From assembly GCA_902514275.1 (NCBI GenBank), contig CABXQD010000002.1, positions 28,587 to 92,586 on the forward strand: a stretch of DNA of 64,000 nucleotides, given 5' to 3'. The stretch comes from an uncultured marine group I thaumarchaeote (GTDB taxonomy: Archaea; Thermoproteota; Nitrososphaeria; Nitrososphaerales; Nitrosopumilaceae). Below, piece by piece: positions 49,098-58,804 of the stretch. The number at the start of each line of letters is the position of its first letter. Position 1 is the stretch's first letter. Made by a program: the position numbers and the translations under genes. The notes under the pieces are model-generated. The model was not told the DNA's origin. It did no database searches and saw only the letters and a program-made list of their open reading frames with translations.

Positions 49098-51608
49098 TTG
49101 AAATTTTCATGTCCAAAATGTAAATCAAAAATAGAAATTCAAAAAACATTCAACAAAAAAATGCATGTATCTTGTAATAAATGCGGAATTGAAGACATAA
49201 TAGAATTTTCAAAAAATCCCGACGAAGTATTCCTAGAATTTCTGACAAGATTTGACAAAGGATTAGTTACAGAAAAAGGATTAGCTGATGGATTAACAGA
49301 TGAAGGGATCATTAGATCAGAAAAAGAAATTAAAGAAATGATAGGTAAAACAAATCCTGAAAAATTTATTGAAAAAATATTATTTTCAAAAAAAGATTTT
49401 ATTTCAGATTATAAAATTTTAAAGAATTCTGAACCTAAAATGGGATGTAAAGTTAATGAATTAGGATTAGATGAAAAAATTGCAGAGTTTCTAAGTCAAT
49501 TAAAGATTGAACAGTTTTATAAATTTCAAGAAGATGCAATTCAAGAAATAGTATTTGGAGAAAATATTATAATTGAAGCACCAACAGCATCAGGAAAAAC
49601 AGAGGCATTTTTAATTCCAGTAATTCAAAGAATAAAAAAAGAATCCAATCAAGGAAAAGTGTTTGCAATTTTTGTATATCCAACAAAAGCATTAGCTAGA
49701 GATCAATATCCAAAAATTAAAAAATTTGCAGATAAAATTAAAATTAATGTTAAAGTTTTTGATGGAGATACCAAAATAGAAGAAAGAAGAGAAATAATTG
49801 AAGTACCACCAGAAATTTTAGTAACAAATTTTGATGTATTACATTATCATCTATGGCATCAAACAAAGTTTTCATCAGTATTAAATTCAACAGAAATTTT
49901 AGTAGTAGATGAAGCACATGTTTATTCAGGAATTTTTGGATCAAATGTTCACTATATTATAAAAAGACTAAAACGAATTTGTAATAAAAAATTACAATTT
50001 GTTGCAGCATCAGCAACACTTGAAGATGCAAAAACATTCTGTGAGCAATTATTTGGAGAAAAAATGCAACTGATTAAGGGATCAGGTAAAAAAGGAGAAA
50101 CAGATTTTGTGATGCTATTTCCATCACTTAGAACACAAAGAAAACTAATGGTGGAATTGACAAAAAAATTAACAGGTGAAAATCACAAAACAATGATTTT
50201 CAGTAATTCACATTTGAATGCTGAACTTTTGGCAATGCAGGCAAAAAAACAAAAAATCAACATCAAAGTACATCGAGCAGGATTAATGGTAAATTACAGA
50301 ATGTCAGTAGAAAAGCAATTCAAGGAGGACAAATTACAAGCAATTTCATGCACTCCTACGCTAGAATTAGGCATAGATGTTGGAAATGTTGATTGCGTCA
50401 TATCATCCACAATACCAGTAAACAGACTCACTCAGAGAATAGGTAGAGCTGCAAGAAAAGGTCAAAGAGGATATGCATTTTTAGCATTAGGAAATGACCC
50501 TATTTCTCAATATTACAAAAATCATCCTGATGATTATTTTGAGGATATAGAAAAAACATACATTGATCCAAAAAATCCATTTGTAGAAGAATTTCAAATT
50601 TTAGCAATGGCATGCGATAAACCAATTTCAAAACATGAATTAAAGGAACATCAAGAGACAATTGAACAGCACATAATGAAAGAAAACATTGTAGAATCAA
50701 ATAACAGAATTATTCCAAATTTTGAAAAAATTAATTCCATTTTAAATGATTACAGCATAAGAGGGATAGGTAAATCAATAGATATTTTTCTAAATGAAAA
50801 AAAAGTAGGGGATAGAATACTACCAATTGCATTAGAAGAACTACACAAGGATGCAATTTATTTTCTAGCAGGTTCACGTTACAAAGTAAAGGAATTAAAT
50901 TATCCTGAAAAAAACTATGCTAAAATTGAAAGAATCCCAAAAGATTATCCTTACTATACAAAATCACTAACAGAAGAATGGCCAACAATTGAAACGATAT
51001 TTGAAAAAAGAAATGCAGGAGGAATTGAAATAGCATTTTGCAAACTACACATCGAGAAAAAAGTTTACGGGTATGTGAACATAGAATTAGGACAAGAAGT
51101 TACACAAGGTGAAAAAGTTATGTTAGATACACCACTAGAATATGATTTCATTACAAAAGGGATTGTATTTCATGCACCAAGACCACTAAAAATTATGGAT
51201 GAATCCGAAGATGAAGAATACACAGAAGCCAGTGGATATCATGCTACAGAACATGTTGTAATTGAGGGCAGCAATATGATTACAGGAGGAGTATCTCAGG
51301 ATTTAGGAGGCATATCATTAGGTACATCAGGCTTAATTTTCATATATGATGGAGCCATTGGAGGCAGTGGTGCGAGTAAAGCATTGTATGATAGATTTGA
51401 AAAGGCACTTGAAAGAAGTATGCATATTGTAAAAGAATGTCCTTGTAAAAACGAGGCAGGGTGTCCACGATGTACATTTTCGTACAGATGTGGGAATAAT
51501 AATGAATATTTACACAAATATTCAGCATTAGAAATTCTAGAAAGAATCAACAAGGGGGAGAAAACAGAATTGATAGACCCAGTTGATGGAGATAAACCAT
51601 TAGTATAA
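49098..51608 (+). CDS. DEAH-box helicase with C-terminal DUF1998 (Hrq1/MrfA/SftH-like) and N-terminal zinc ribbon
   Basis: PTASGKT, YPTKALARDQ, DEAH, SAT, LELGIDVG, QRIGRAAR, YDG..GGSG, CPC...GCPRC....C. Confidence 0.9.
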   Translation: MKFSCPKCKSKIEIQKTFNKKMHVSCNKCGIEDIIEFSKNPDEVFLEFLTRFDKGLVTEKGLADGLTDEGIIRSEKEIKEMIGKTNPEKFIEKILFSKKDFISDYKILKNSEPKMGCKVNELGLDEKIAEFLSQLKIEQFYKFQEDAIQEIVFGENIIIEAPTASGKTEAFLIPVIQRIKKESNQGKVFAIFVYPTKALARDQYPKIKKFADKIKINVKVFDGDTKIEERREIIEVPPEILVTNFDVLHYHLWHQTKFSSVLNSTEILVVDEAHVYSGIFGSNVHYIIKRLKRICNKKLQFVAASATLEDAKTFCEQLFGEKMQLIKGSGKKGETDFVMLFPSLRTQRKLMVELTKKLTGENHKTMIFSNSHLNAELLAMQAKKQKINIKVHRAGLMVNYRMSVEKQFKEDKLQAISCTPTLELGIDVGNVDCVISSTIPVNRLTQRIGRAARKGQRGYAFLALGNDPISQYYKNHPDDYFEDIEKTYIDPKNPFVEEFQILAMACDKPISKHELKEHQETIEQHIMKENIVESNNRIIPNFEKINSILNDYSIRGIGKSIDIFLNEKKVGDRILPIALEELHKDAIYFLAGSRYKVKELNYPEKNYAKIERIPKDYPYYTKSLTEEWPTIETIFEKRNAGGIEIAFCKLHIEKKVYGYVNIELGQEVTQGEKVMLDTPLEYDFITKGIVFHAPRPLKIMDESEDEEYTEASGYHATEHVVIEGSNMITGGVSQDLGGISLGTSGLIFIYDGAIGGSGASKALYDRFEKALERSMHIVKECPCKNEAGCPRCTFSYRCGNNNEYLHKYSALEILERINKGEKTELIDPVDGDKPLV

Positions 51609-51650
51609 AAAATCAAAATGGGATAAATATAAGAAAAAAATAAGATAACT

Positions 51651-52481
51651 ATGGAAAAAGTTGCTCTTGTCACGGGTAGTTCATCAGGTATTGGATTAGA
51701 AACGGTATTGGCACTAGCAAGAGATGGTTATGAAACATTTGCAAGTATGAGAGATACCACCAAATCAGGAGAATTAGAATTTTCTGCAAAAAAAGAAAAT
51801 CTCAAAATAAAAATTATTCAATTAGATGTAGATAAAGAGGAATCAATTGTTTCAGCAATTAAAAAAATATCTTCAGAACATGGAAGATTAGATGTTTTAG
51901 TAAATAATGCAGGTTATGGTCAATTTGGTTGTACTGAAGATATTACAATAGAAGATTTTAGAAAACAATTTGAAACAAACTTTTTCAGTATTGTCAGAAT
52001 AATTCAAGAAGTATCTCCAATAATGAGAAATCAAAAATCAGGAATTATTGTCAATATGAGTTCAGTTGTTGGAAAAATAGGATTACCAGGTTCTTCAGCT
52101 TACATTAGTACAAAATTTGCTTTAGAAGGATTTAGTGAATGTTTAAGATACGAGTTAGGTCAATTTGGAATAAAAACCACATTAATTGAACCAGGAGTAA
52201 TTAAAACAAACTTTTTCAATTCTATGAAAATACCAGAATCGAAAACAGATCCAAAATACAAAGAGTTAACAGATCATATTTTGGCAGGTCTCAAAATGAT
52301 GGCACAAATGGGTACACCACCATCACAAGTTGCAGATGTAATTATGAAAGCAATTCACAGTGATGAAGTATTACCACGATATATCGTAGGAACAGATGCA
52401 GCCATGTTTATGGAAGCAAAACAGTCCAAAACAGACCTAGAATTTGAAAAATACATGAGTAAAGAGCTATTTCCAGGCTAA
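51651..52481 (+). CDS. Short-chain dehydrogenase/reductase
   Basis: TGSSSGIG, NNAG, YISTK. Confidence 0.92.
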   Translation: MEKVALVTGSSSGIGLETVLALARDGYETFASMRDTTKSGELEFSAKKENLKIKIIQLDVDKEESIVSAIKKISSEHGRLDVLVNNAGYGQFGCTEDITIEDFRKQFETNFFSIVRIIQEVSPIMRNQKSGIIVNMSSVVGKIGLPGSSAYISTKFALEGFSECLRYELGQFGIKTTLIEPGVIKTNFFNSMKIPESKTDPKYKELTDHILAGLKMMAQMGTPPSQVADVIMKAIHSDEVLPRYIVGTDAAMFMEAKQSKTDLEFEKYMSKELFPG

Positions 52482-52556
52482 AAATCACTTTATGTTAAAT
52501 TATATACAGATACAGGAGAGTTTTTGTCAAAGTCCACAACTATAAGATGAAATGAA

Positions 52557-54218
52557 ATGAAATGGAAAAAATTACAACATAACGGAATCTTGTTTCCCCC
52601 AGAATACGAGAAACAGGGAATTACGATAAAAGTCAAAGGAGAGACTATCAATCTTGACATAAATCAAGAAGAGATGGTGTATCAATGGGCAAAGAAAAAA
52701 GATACCCCTTATGCACAAGACAAGATTTTTCAAAAAAACTTCACAGGAGATTTTGCAAAAACATTAGATTCAAAATTTAAAAAAATATCATATGAGGATA
52801 TTGATTTTACAAATGCATACAAAATTGTAGATAAAGAAAAAGACCTCAAAGAAATGATGACAAAAGAAGACAGAAAAGCATTAGCTGTAAAAAGAAAGGA
52901 ATTACGTGAAAAATTAAAAACAAAATATGGAATTGCCATCATGGATGGTAAAGAAGTTGAAGTTGGAAACTATATGGCAGAACCTCCAGGAATATTCATC
53001 GGTAGAGGAGAGCACCCACTAAGAGGTAAATGGAAACCAAGAGTTACTGCCAAAGATGTCACATTAAACCTTGGAAAAGATGCAAAAAAACCAGAAGGTA
53101 ATTGGGGCAAAATTATTCATGACAATGATTCAATGTGGTTAGCAAGTTGGATGGATTTTCTTACACAAAAAAGAAAATACGTATGGTTAGCAGATACTGC
53201 AGGATTAAAACAAGACAGAGACAAGGAAAAATATGAAAAAGCAGTTAAACTTGGAAATGAAATTGAAAAAATAAAGGACAGAATTGTCAAGGACATGAAA
53301 AGTAAAGATCCTAAAATTAACAGAATATCAACTGCATGTTATTTAATTTATAGAACTGCCATGAGAGTAGGAGACGAAAAAGACCCAGATGAGGCAGATA
53401 CAGTAGGCGCAACAACTCTCAGAAAAGAGCACATCAAAATTACAGCAAATACAATTGAGTTTGATTTTCTAGGTAAGGATAGTGTCAGATGGCAAGAAAC
53501 AGTAGTAGCTGAAGGTCATGACAAGCAATTCCATGAAAATCTTAAAAATATAATTGAAAAGAAAAAACCAAAAGACGAAATTTTTGAAGGAATCACATCA
53601 AGACATGTTAACCAATACTATTCAGGAATTGTAAAAGGCTTAACTGCCAAAGTGTTTAGGACATATCTTGCAACTACAGTTGTTAAAAATTATCTAATAA
53701 AACATGATACAATCAAAACAAAAACAGCAAATGAAAAACTATACCACGCCAAGTTAGCAAACTTGGAAGCTGCAATAATGTGTAACCATAAAAGAACAAT
53801 TCCTAAAACATATGAACAAACATTACAAAAGAAAAGAGATTCTATTAAAAAATTAGAAAAAGAAAAAGTATGGGTAAAAACTCAAGACACCCTTAAAAAA
53901 GTCGAATCAAAAGAACCAAAAACAGATACTCAAAAGAAAAGTAAAACAAAGAGAATAAAGACACTAAATGAACAAATTAAAAAACAAAAATTAAAACACA
54001 AAGAAAGGCTACAAAAACTAGAACTTCAATTAGACTTGTCAGAAAAAACCAAAGATTATGCAATCGGAACGTCCCTTAGAAATTACATAGATCCACGTGT
54101 TTTCAAAGCATGGACTGATGAGGTTGGAGCTGAATGGGAGAAATTGTACACAGCAGCATTACAAAAGAAATTCCTCTGGGTAAAAAACGAGGATGTAGAA
54201 TGGAAGAATTTAAAATAA
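52557..54218 (+). CDS. DNA topoisomerase IB (eukaryote-like)
   Basis: KWKKLQHNG, EPPGIFIGRGEHP, catalytic R (MRVG), K (FLGKDS), R (KVFRTY), H (CNH), Y (NYIDPR). Confidence 0.96.
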   Translation: MKWKKLQHNGILFPPEYEKQGITIKVKGETINLDINQEEMVYQWAKKKDTPYAQDKIFQKNFTGDFAKTLDSKFKKISYEDIDFTNAYKIVDKEKDLKEMMTKEDRKALAVKRKELREKLKTKYGIAIMDGKEVEVGNYMAEPPGIFIGRGEHPLRGKWKPRVTAKDVTLNLGKDAKKPEGNWGKIIHDNDSMWLASWMDFLTQKRKYVWLADTAGLKQDRDKEKYEKAVKLGNEIEKIKDRIVKDMKSKDPKINRISTACYLIYRTAMRVGDEKDPDEADTVGATTLRKEHIKITANTIEFDFLGKDSVRWQETVVAEGHDKQFHENLKNIIEKKKPKDEIFEGITSRHVNQYYSGIVKGLTAKVFRTYLATTVVKNYLIKHDTIKTKTANEKLYHAKLANLEAAIMCNHKRTIPKTYEQTLQKKRDSIKKLEKEKVWVKTQDTLKKVESKEPKTDTQKKSKTKRIKTLNEQIKKQKLKHKERLQKLELQLDLSEKTKDYAIGTSLRNYIDPRVFKAWTDEVGAEWEKLYTAALQKKFLWVKNEDVEWKNLK

Positions 54219-54300
54219 AAATATCATTAAAATCAAAAAATAGGACATAATTTAGCATCGTAGAATCATTTAATTTCCCATATTTTTGACCATATAGTAT

Positions 54301-54415
54301 GCCGGGGTAGCTCAGCCTGGTTAGAGTGCCAGTTCAATTGGTAAACTCTAACGGTTCTCCAACTAAGGCAATACTCATAATCTGGAGGTCGCGAGTTCGA
54401 AACTCGCCCCCGGCA
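54301..54415 (+). tRNA. tRNA-Met(CAT), elongator type, 40-nt intron at 30/31 (54333-54372)
   Basis: Acceptor GCCGGGG/CCCCGGC-A, T arm GCGAG-TTCGAAA-CTCGC; removing 54333-54372 restores CCAGA-CTCATAA-TCTGG. Confidence 0.9.
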
Positions 54416-54472
54416 CACAGATTATTTTAAAAATCATAAGATCGGGGTTTCTATGAAAAATTTTATGAAGTT

Positions 54473-54916
54473 CTAAGAGTAATATTCTTTGAATCCCTTG
54501 TCAGTAGGGACCAATTCAGTTTTCATACCAAATAATCCAGATTTTTGTTGGGCTTTCATCAATCCATTACTTTCCAAATCTTCTAAAATGGAATTAAGTT
54601 CCTCAGTAGTCAAACCTGTATTTTTTTGAATATTTTCAAATAATCGAACTCCTCTGTGTAATTCACCTAAAACTAACATGTTTTTGGTTTGAGGTTTTGA
54701 AGACTTTGGAGGTTCCTGGTATTCAGTAGTGTTTGATTCGAATTGTTCATCAGACTGTTTTTCAAACCTGCCAAAATCAGAATCATATTGTCTTTCTGAG
54801 ATTTCCTGAGAGTTAATACTTCCAGATTTGAATTTTTTCAAAACACGAGGTAAAATACGTGCCAATGGGACCATTAGGAAAATTATCAAATAAATCCATG
54901 AAAAATCAGCTTCCAT
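54473..54916 (-). CDS. Membrane-anchored protein with C-terminal winged-helix-like domain
   Basis: N-terminal TM helix; TGLTTEELNSILEDLESNGLM...PTDKG. Confidence 0.7.
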   Translation of the reverse strand: MEADFSWIYLIIFLMVPLARILPRVLKKFKSGSINSQEISERQYDSDFGRFEKQSDEQFESNTTEYQEPPKSSKPQTKNMLVLGELHRGVRLFENIQKNTGLTTEELNSILEDLESNGLMKAQQKSGLFGMKTELVPTDKGFKEYYS

Positions 54917-55022
54917 GAATATTAGATAGAAGAAACAAGATAAATCTGTTGAGGAAGACTATTCTACATTTGAAATGCAAATAATGATGGGTATAATAGT
55001 AGGAAAACTCATCAATTAATAG

Positions 55023-55886
55023 ATGTCAAAGTATCAATCTTCTCCAGTTAAAGTAAACATGAGTGGAGCTAAATTAGTTCTTGGAGCCATTATTGTTCTT
55101 ATTATTATTGGAGTTGTAGCATCATCATCAGTTAAAATTGTAGAATCAGGTAATAGAGGAGTACTTACACAATGGAGTGCAGTAGATTTAACAGCACCGC
55201 CACTTAACGAAGGTATTCACTTTGTTGTTCCATTCCAAGATGAAGTAGTACAAGTTGAAGTTCGTACTCTAAAGTATGATAAAGATACTAGAAGTGCATC
55301 AAAAGATCTTCAAACAGTTCAAACCACAGTTACTGTAAACTATCATGCAGAATATGAGAAAGTAAATTATCTTTACAAGGAAATAGGATTAGATTATGAA
55401 AATAGGGTTATTGGACCAGCAGTTGAAGAAACAGTAAAACAAGTTACTGCAAATTATAATGCAGAAGAATTAATTACAAAAAGACCACTAGTTAAGGGAG
55501 ATATTGAAAATGCAATTAGAGACAGATTAAACCAATTTTATGTAGATACAGAAGTAATTTCAATTACAGACTTCGAATTTTCACCATTATTTGCTAAAGC
55601 AATCGAGTCCAAAGTAGAAGCAGAACAAAAAGCCCAAAAAGCAGAAAATGATCTGATTAGAATCGAAGTAGAAGCAAGACAGCTAGAAGCTCAAGCAGTC
55701 GGTTTAGCAGCAGCAAACATTGCAGAAGCACAAGGTGAAGCAGAAGCAATTTCAATTATCAACAATGCATTATCACAAAATCCATACTATCTAGAATGGT
55801 TAAAGACCCAAGCATGGGACGGTAAACTTCCACTTGTAGTAGGAGAAGGTGGAACTCCATTTATTGCAATTCCAACTTCACCATAA
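55023..55886 (+). CDS. Prohibitin/SPFH (band 7) protein
   Basis: EGIHFVVPF, SKDLQTV, YNAEELIT.R, FAKAIESK. Confidence 0.92.
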   Translation: MSKYQSSPVKVNMSGAKLVLGAIIVLIIIGVVASSSVKIVESGNRGVLTQWSAVDLTAPPLNEGIHFVVPFQDEVVQVEVRTLKYDKDTRSASKDLQTVQTTVTVNYHAEYEKVNYLYKEIGLDYENRVIGPAVEETVKQVTANYNAEELITKRPLVKGDIENAIRDRLNQFYVDTEVISITDFEFSPLFAKAIESKVEAEQKAQKAENDLIRIEVEARQLEAQAVGLAAANIAEAQGEAEAISIINNALSQNPYYLEWLKTQAWDGKLPLVVGEGGTPFIAIPTSP

Positions 55887-55930
55887 AATAACTAAGTAAG
55901 AATTATTTTTATTATAAAATAACTTAGTAA

Positions 55931-56236
55931 TTATTTTTCTTGATTTTTATGATTATCTCTAATTGCATCATACATTGCTAGAAATTGTTCTGGTTCATTT
56001 TTTGTATAATTTTTTTCAAGTTTCTGAATTTCTTGAGGAGACAACAGTTCTCCTTTATTTTCATAATATTCCTTGATTATTTGAGAAGGAGTCTTATCAA
56101 TATTGTATTTTTCAAGTGTTTGAGTTATTGATCGTTTAGATAACATATTTTGTAATAATAATTTGTAAACCAAATAAGAAGAAAGTGCAATTATAGTAAC
56201 AACCAAAATCGGTATTATGATAACAGCTGCTGCCAT
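55931..56236 (-). CDS. Small membrane protein, hypothetical
   Basis: N-terminal TM helix, 101 aa. Confidence 0.7.
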   Translation of the reverse strand: MAAAVIIIPILVVTIIALSSYLVYKLLLQNMLSKRSITQTLEKYNIDKTPSQIIKEYYENKGELLSPQEIQKLEKNYTKNEPEQFLAMYDAIRDNHKNQEK

Positions 56237-56350
56237 ACTATCTGTAGAATAATTGTGTATTTCATTGTTATTCTTTTTTTAGTAATAAAAAATTTCTTTT
56301 TAAGAAATTCAAGTTAATATTAAATGTAGTATTTCTAAATTTTAAGCAAA

Positions 56351-57544
56351 TTGGGAGAATTTCAAGAGTTTACAGAGGCATTATTTGGACAATTATCAGT
56401 TGAAATTGATGAAGAAAAAGAGATTATCAAATTAGCAAGCAGAGCAAAAGAGGATCTAAAAGGAAAGATAGAATTTAACAGTCTAGAAAATATTGCAACA
56501 GATATTTTTTCCACATATAAAAATAAAGTAGAAGAATTTCTAGGAGTAAAAATCCCAGAAGATATTGAATTAAAATTTCCAGAATTAACAGATTTAAAAA
56601 GATTGAAAGGAGAAAAGGTATTTGCAGATAAAGAATCAAAAGAATTTGTGACACAATTATTTAATGCAGTTGCAAAAGAGGATAAAACAAGAATTGCAGA
56701 ATTAATGCAAGAGGATACAGCCAAGTATTTAGTATATTCAACATATGCGATTCAATACGTTTCTAAAATTACAACAACTTATGGAGATTATCTAGATTCA
56801 ATAATTTATTTAAATAAATTTATTCTATCTAGATATCCTGAAATAATTCTTCACAAACAAGGTGAACCATATGATGCAAAATTTGATAATGTAAATTCAG
56901 GATATGTAGGTGCTGTAAAAATGACAGTTGTTGAAGAATTAATTCATGCTGCTCAGGGAAACTTGCAACAAGTAAACAAAAATGCAGCAATAGAAGTCAA
57001 TAAAATAAATGAAGAGTTAGCCAGTATAATTTTAGCATTAGATTCAGAAACAATTAACAAACTTTCAGAATACTGTCAACTGCAAGCTGTACCAGATGAT
57101 TTCCCATTTGCAAAAAAAGCAAATCTATTTTTCTTTTTGAATCCAGATCATTTCTTAATTGAACAAATAGGACCAGATGTAATGACATTCACTCACGTAG
57201 AAATAGATCCAAAGATAGGAGAGTCAATTCCACAGTTATTAGAGATTTATAAAAAATGGCTAGTTCCTATACAACAACATCATGCAGCATTTACAGCAAT
57301 GGAAGGAATGGCAGCATTTGCCATTGAAAATATTTTAAAAGATGATAAAGATTTTCAAAATTATCTGACTACCTTTATGGGCACTGATTTTTCAGCATAT
57401 CAAGTAAGAAAAAGTATGGGTAAAGATTTTACAAAAACAATATATGAAAAATTAGGCACTAATACATTCAAAAAAATGATTGAAATCCCTCCAAATACAA
57501 AAGAATTGAAAGATCCTCAATTATACCTAAAAAAACTGAGTTAG
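56351..57544 (+). CDS. Hypothetical protein with zincin-like motifs
   Basis: 397 aa; EELIHAAQ and downstream AMEGMA; TTG start. Confidence 0.7.
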   Translation: MGEFQEFTEALFGQLSVEIDEEKEIIKLASRAKEDLKGKIEFNSLENIATDIFSTYKNKVEEFLGVKIPEDIELKFPELTDLKRLKGEKVFADKESKEFVTQLFNAVAKEDKTRIAELMQEDTAKYLVYSTYAIQYVSKITTTYGDYLDSIIYLNKFILSRYPEIILHKQGEPYDAKFDNVNSGYVGAVKMTVVEELIHAAQGNLQQVNKNAAIEVNKINEELASIILALDSETINKLSEYCQLQAVPDDFPFAKKANLFFFLNPDHFLIEQIGPDVMTFTHVEIDPKIGESIPQLLEIYKKWLVPIQQHHAAFTAMEGMAAFAIENILKDDKDFQNYLTTFMGTDFSAYQVRKSMGKDFTKTIYEKLGTNTFKKMIEIPPNTKELKDPQLYLKKLS

Positions 57545-57550
57545 TAATAA

Positions 57551-58369
57551 TTGAGTGAAAAATTTGATCCATTAGTTGCAGAGTGGGTATCATTTGTAAA
57601 AAATCCAAATTTCAATTTAATTGAAAAATGTCTTAAATTTTCACAATTAATAGAATACCCAGATTTACAAGTTGAAGAATATATTAAAAAAATTAATCGA
57701 ATAGGAATGTCATTAAAAGAATCAATTAGTGATGTGAAAAATCCGACATATCTAATTTCAATGTTAAATGAACATCTTTTTGAAAATTTAGGATATAGTG
57801 GAGATGATGATGATTATTACAATCCAAAAAATAATTTTCTCAATGAAGTTATAGATAAAAAAACAGGTTTGCCAATTACAATATCTATTCTGTATGTTGA
57901 AATTGCAAAATTTGTTGGATTGGATCTTAAAATTGTAGGATTTCCAGGTCACGTATTAGTGAAATATAATGAAGAAATGATATTAGATCCTTTTTACGAT
58001 GGACGTTTACTAAACATTGATGATTTACAAGAAATTTTAGATGTAAATTTTGGCGGAGAATTAGAATTTAAACCAGAATTTCTTGATGAAGTAAAATCAG
58101 AACAAATTCTAATTAGAATGGTTCGTAATTTAAAAAATTCATACATACAATCATTTGTGTATGATAAAGCGTTACGTTGTGTGAATATGGCTTTAGGAAT
58201 TGAACCAGAATCTCCAGAAGACATTAGAGATAAAGGGATTTTAGAACAGAGGTTACTAAATTCAGAAAAGGCATTACAATATTTGAATAAATATTTAGAA
58301 ATAAATCCCAATGCAGAAGATGTAGATTTTATTTTAGAATTAATCAGAAGTATTAAAACAAAAAATTAA
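57551..58369 (+). CDS. SirB1/YchA-family protein (transglutaminase-like domain plus TPR)
   Basis: YYNPKNNFLNEVI...GLPITISILY, VGFPGHV, LDPF, RMVRNLK, IRDKG, YLE..P.AED. Confidence 0.88.
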   Translation: MSEKFDPLVAEWVSFVKNPNFNLIEKCLKFSQLIEYPDLQVEEYIKKINRIGMSLKESISDVKNPTYLISMLNEHLFENLGYSGDDDDYYNPKNNFLNEVIDKKTGLPITISILYVEIAKFVGLDLKIVGFPGHVLVKYNEEMILDPFYDGRLLNIDDLQEILDVNFGGELEFKPEFLDEVKSEQILIRMVRNLKNSYIQSFVYDKALRCVNMALGIEPESPEDIRDKGILEQRLLNSEKALQYLNKYLEINPNAEDVDFILELIRSIKTKN

Positions 58370-58536
58370 TCAATTATTGAATCAACATCTTGACCTTGTT
58401 TAATCATCGATATTTCATGACGAGCAATTTTATTTCTTAAAGCTCCTTTCAAAATATCGACTTCACTTCTAAGTAGTGCAATTTCATCTTCAAGTTTTGC
58501 AACTCTCTCATAAATGGTTTCAGCATCTGAACTCAT
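58366..58536 (-). CDS. 56-aa coiled-coil microprotein (not in ORF track)
   Basis: MSSDAETIYERVAKLEDEIALLRSEVDILKGALRNKIARHEISMIKQGQDVDSIID*; clear heptads. Confidence 0.7.
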   Translation of the reverse strand: MSSDAETIYERVAKLEDEIALLRSEVDILKGALRNKIARHEISMIKQGQDVDSIID

Positions 58537-58607
58537 AATGAATTATGAATAAAAAAATGTATTAAAAAGTTATGGGTGAATGATTTAGTGACTATATGAT
58601 TTTTAAA

Positions 58608-58769
58608 TTATAATTCAAATTCTTGGCGACATTTTTCACATTTTGCTCTTTCTTCACCTGGTGAGCCTAAAAGGAAAATTTTTCCAATGGTTTGACATAA
58701 AGGACACATTCCAGTTGTAGCGTTTTTTGGGCCTGTACGAATGATTTTTTGACTTTTTCTACGTCCCAT
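58608..58769 (-). CDS. 53-aa zinc-ribbon microprotein with basic N-tail, Elf1-like (not in ORF track)
   Basis: MGRRKSQKIIRTGPKNATTGMCPLCQTIGKIFLLGSPGEERAKCEKCRQEFEL*. Confidence 0.7.
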   Translation of the reverse strand: MGRRKSQKIIRTGPKNATTGMCPLCQTIGKIFLLGSPGEERAKCEKCRQEFEL

Positions 58770-58804
58770 GAAAAAACTTCTCTAATCGGTCTATTAAGGT
58801 TTAA

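Noticed and set aside
48228-51608. Methyltransferase plus DUF1998 helicase as a DISARM/Druantia-like defence island
   Set aside because: Genes are divergent, helicase and DUF1998 are fused as in Hrq1/MrfA, no DrmC/D/E partners, and the flanks are housekeeping genes
54301-56300. tRNA-Met (or tRNA-Ser) as the attachment site of an integrated element
   Set aside because: No integrase and no duplicated tRNA 3' end seen; the 40-nt insert is explained by a BHB intron
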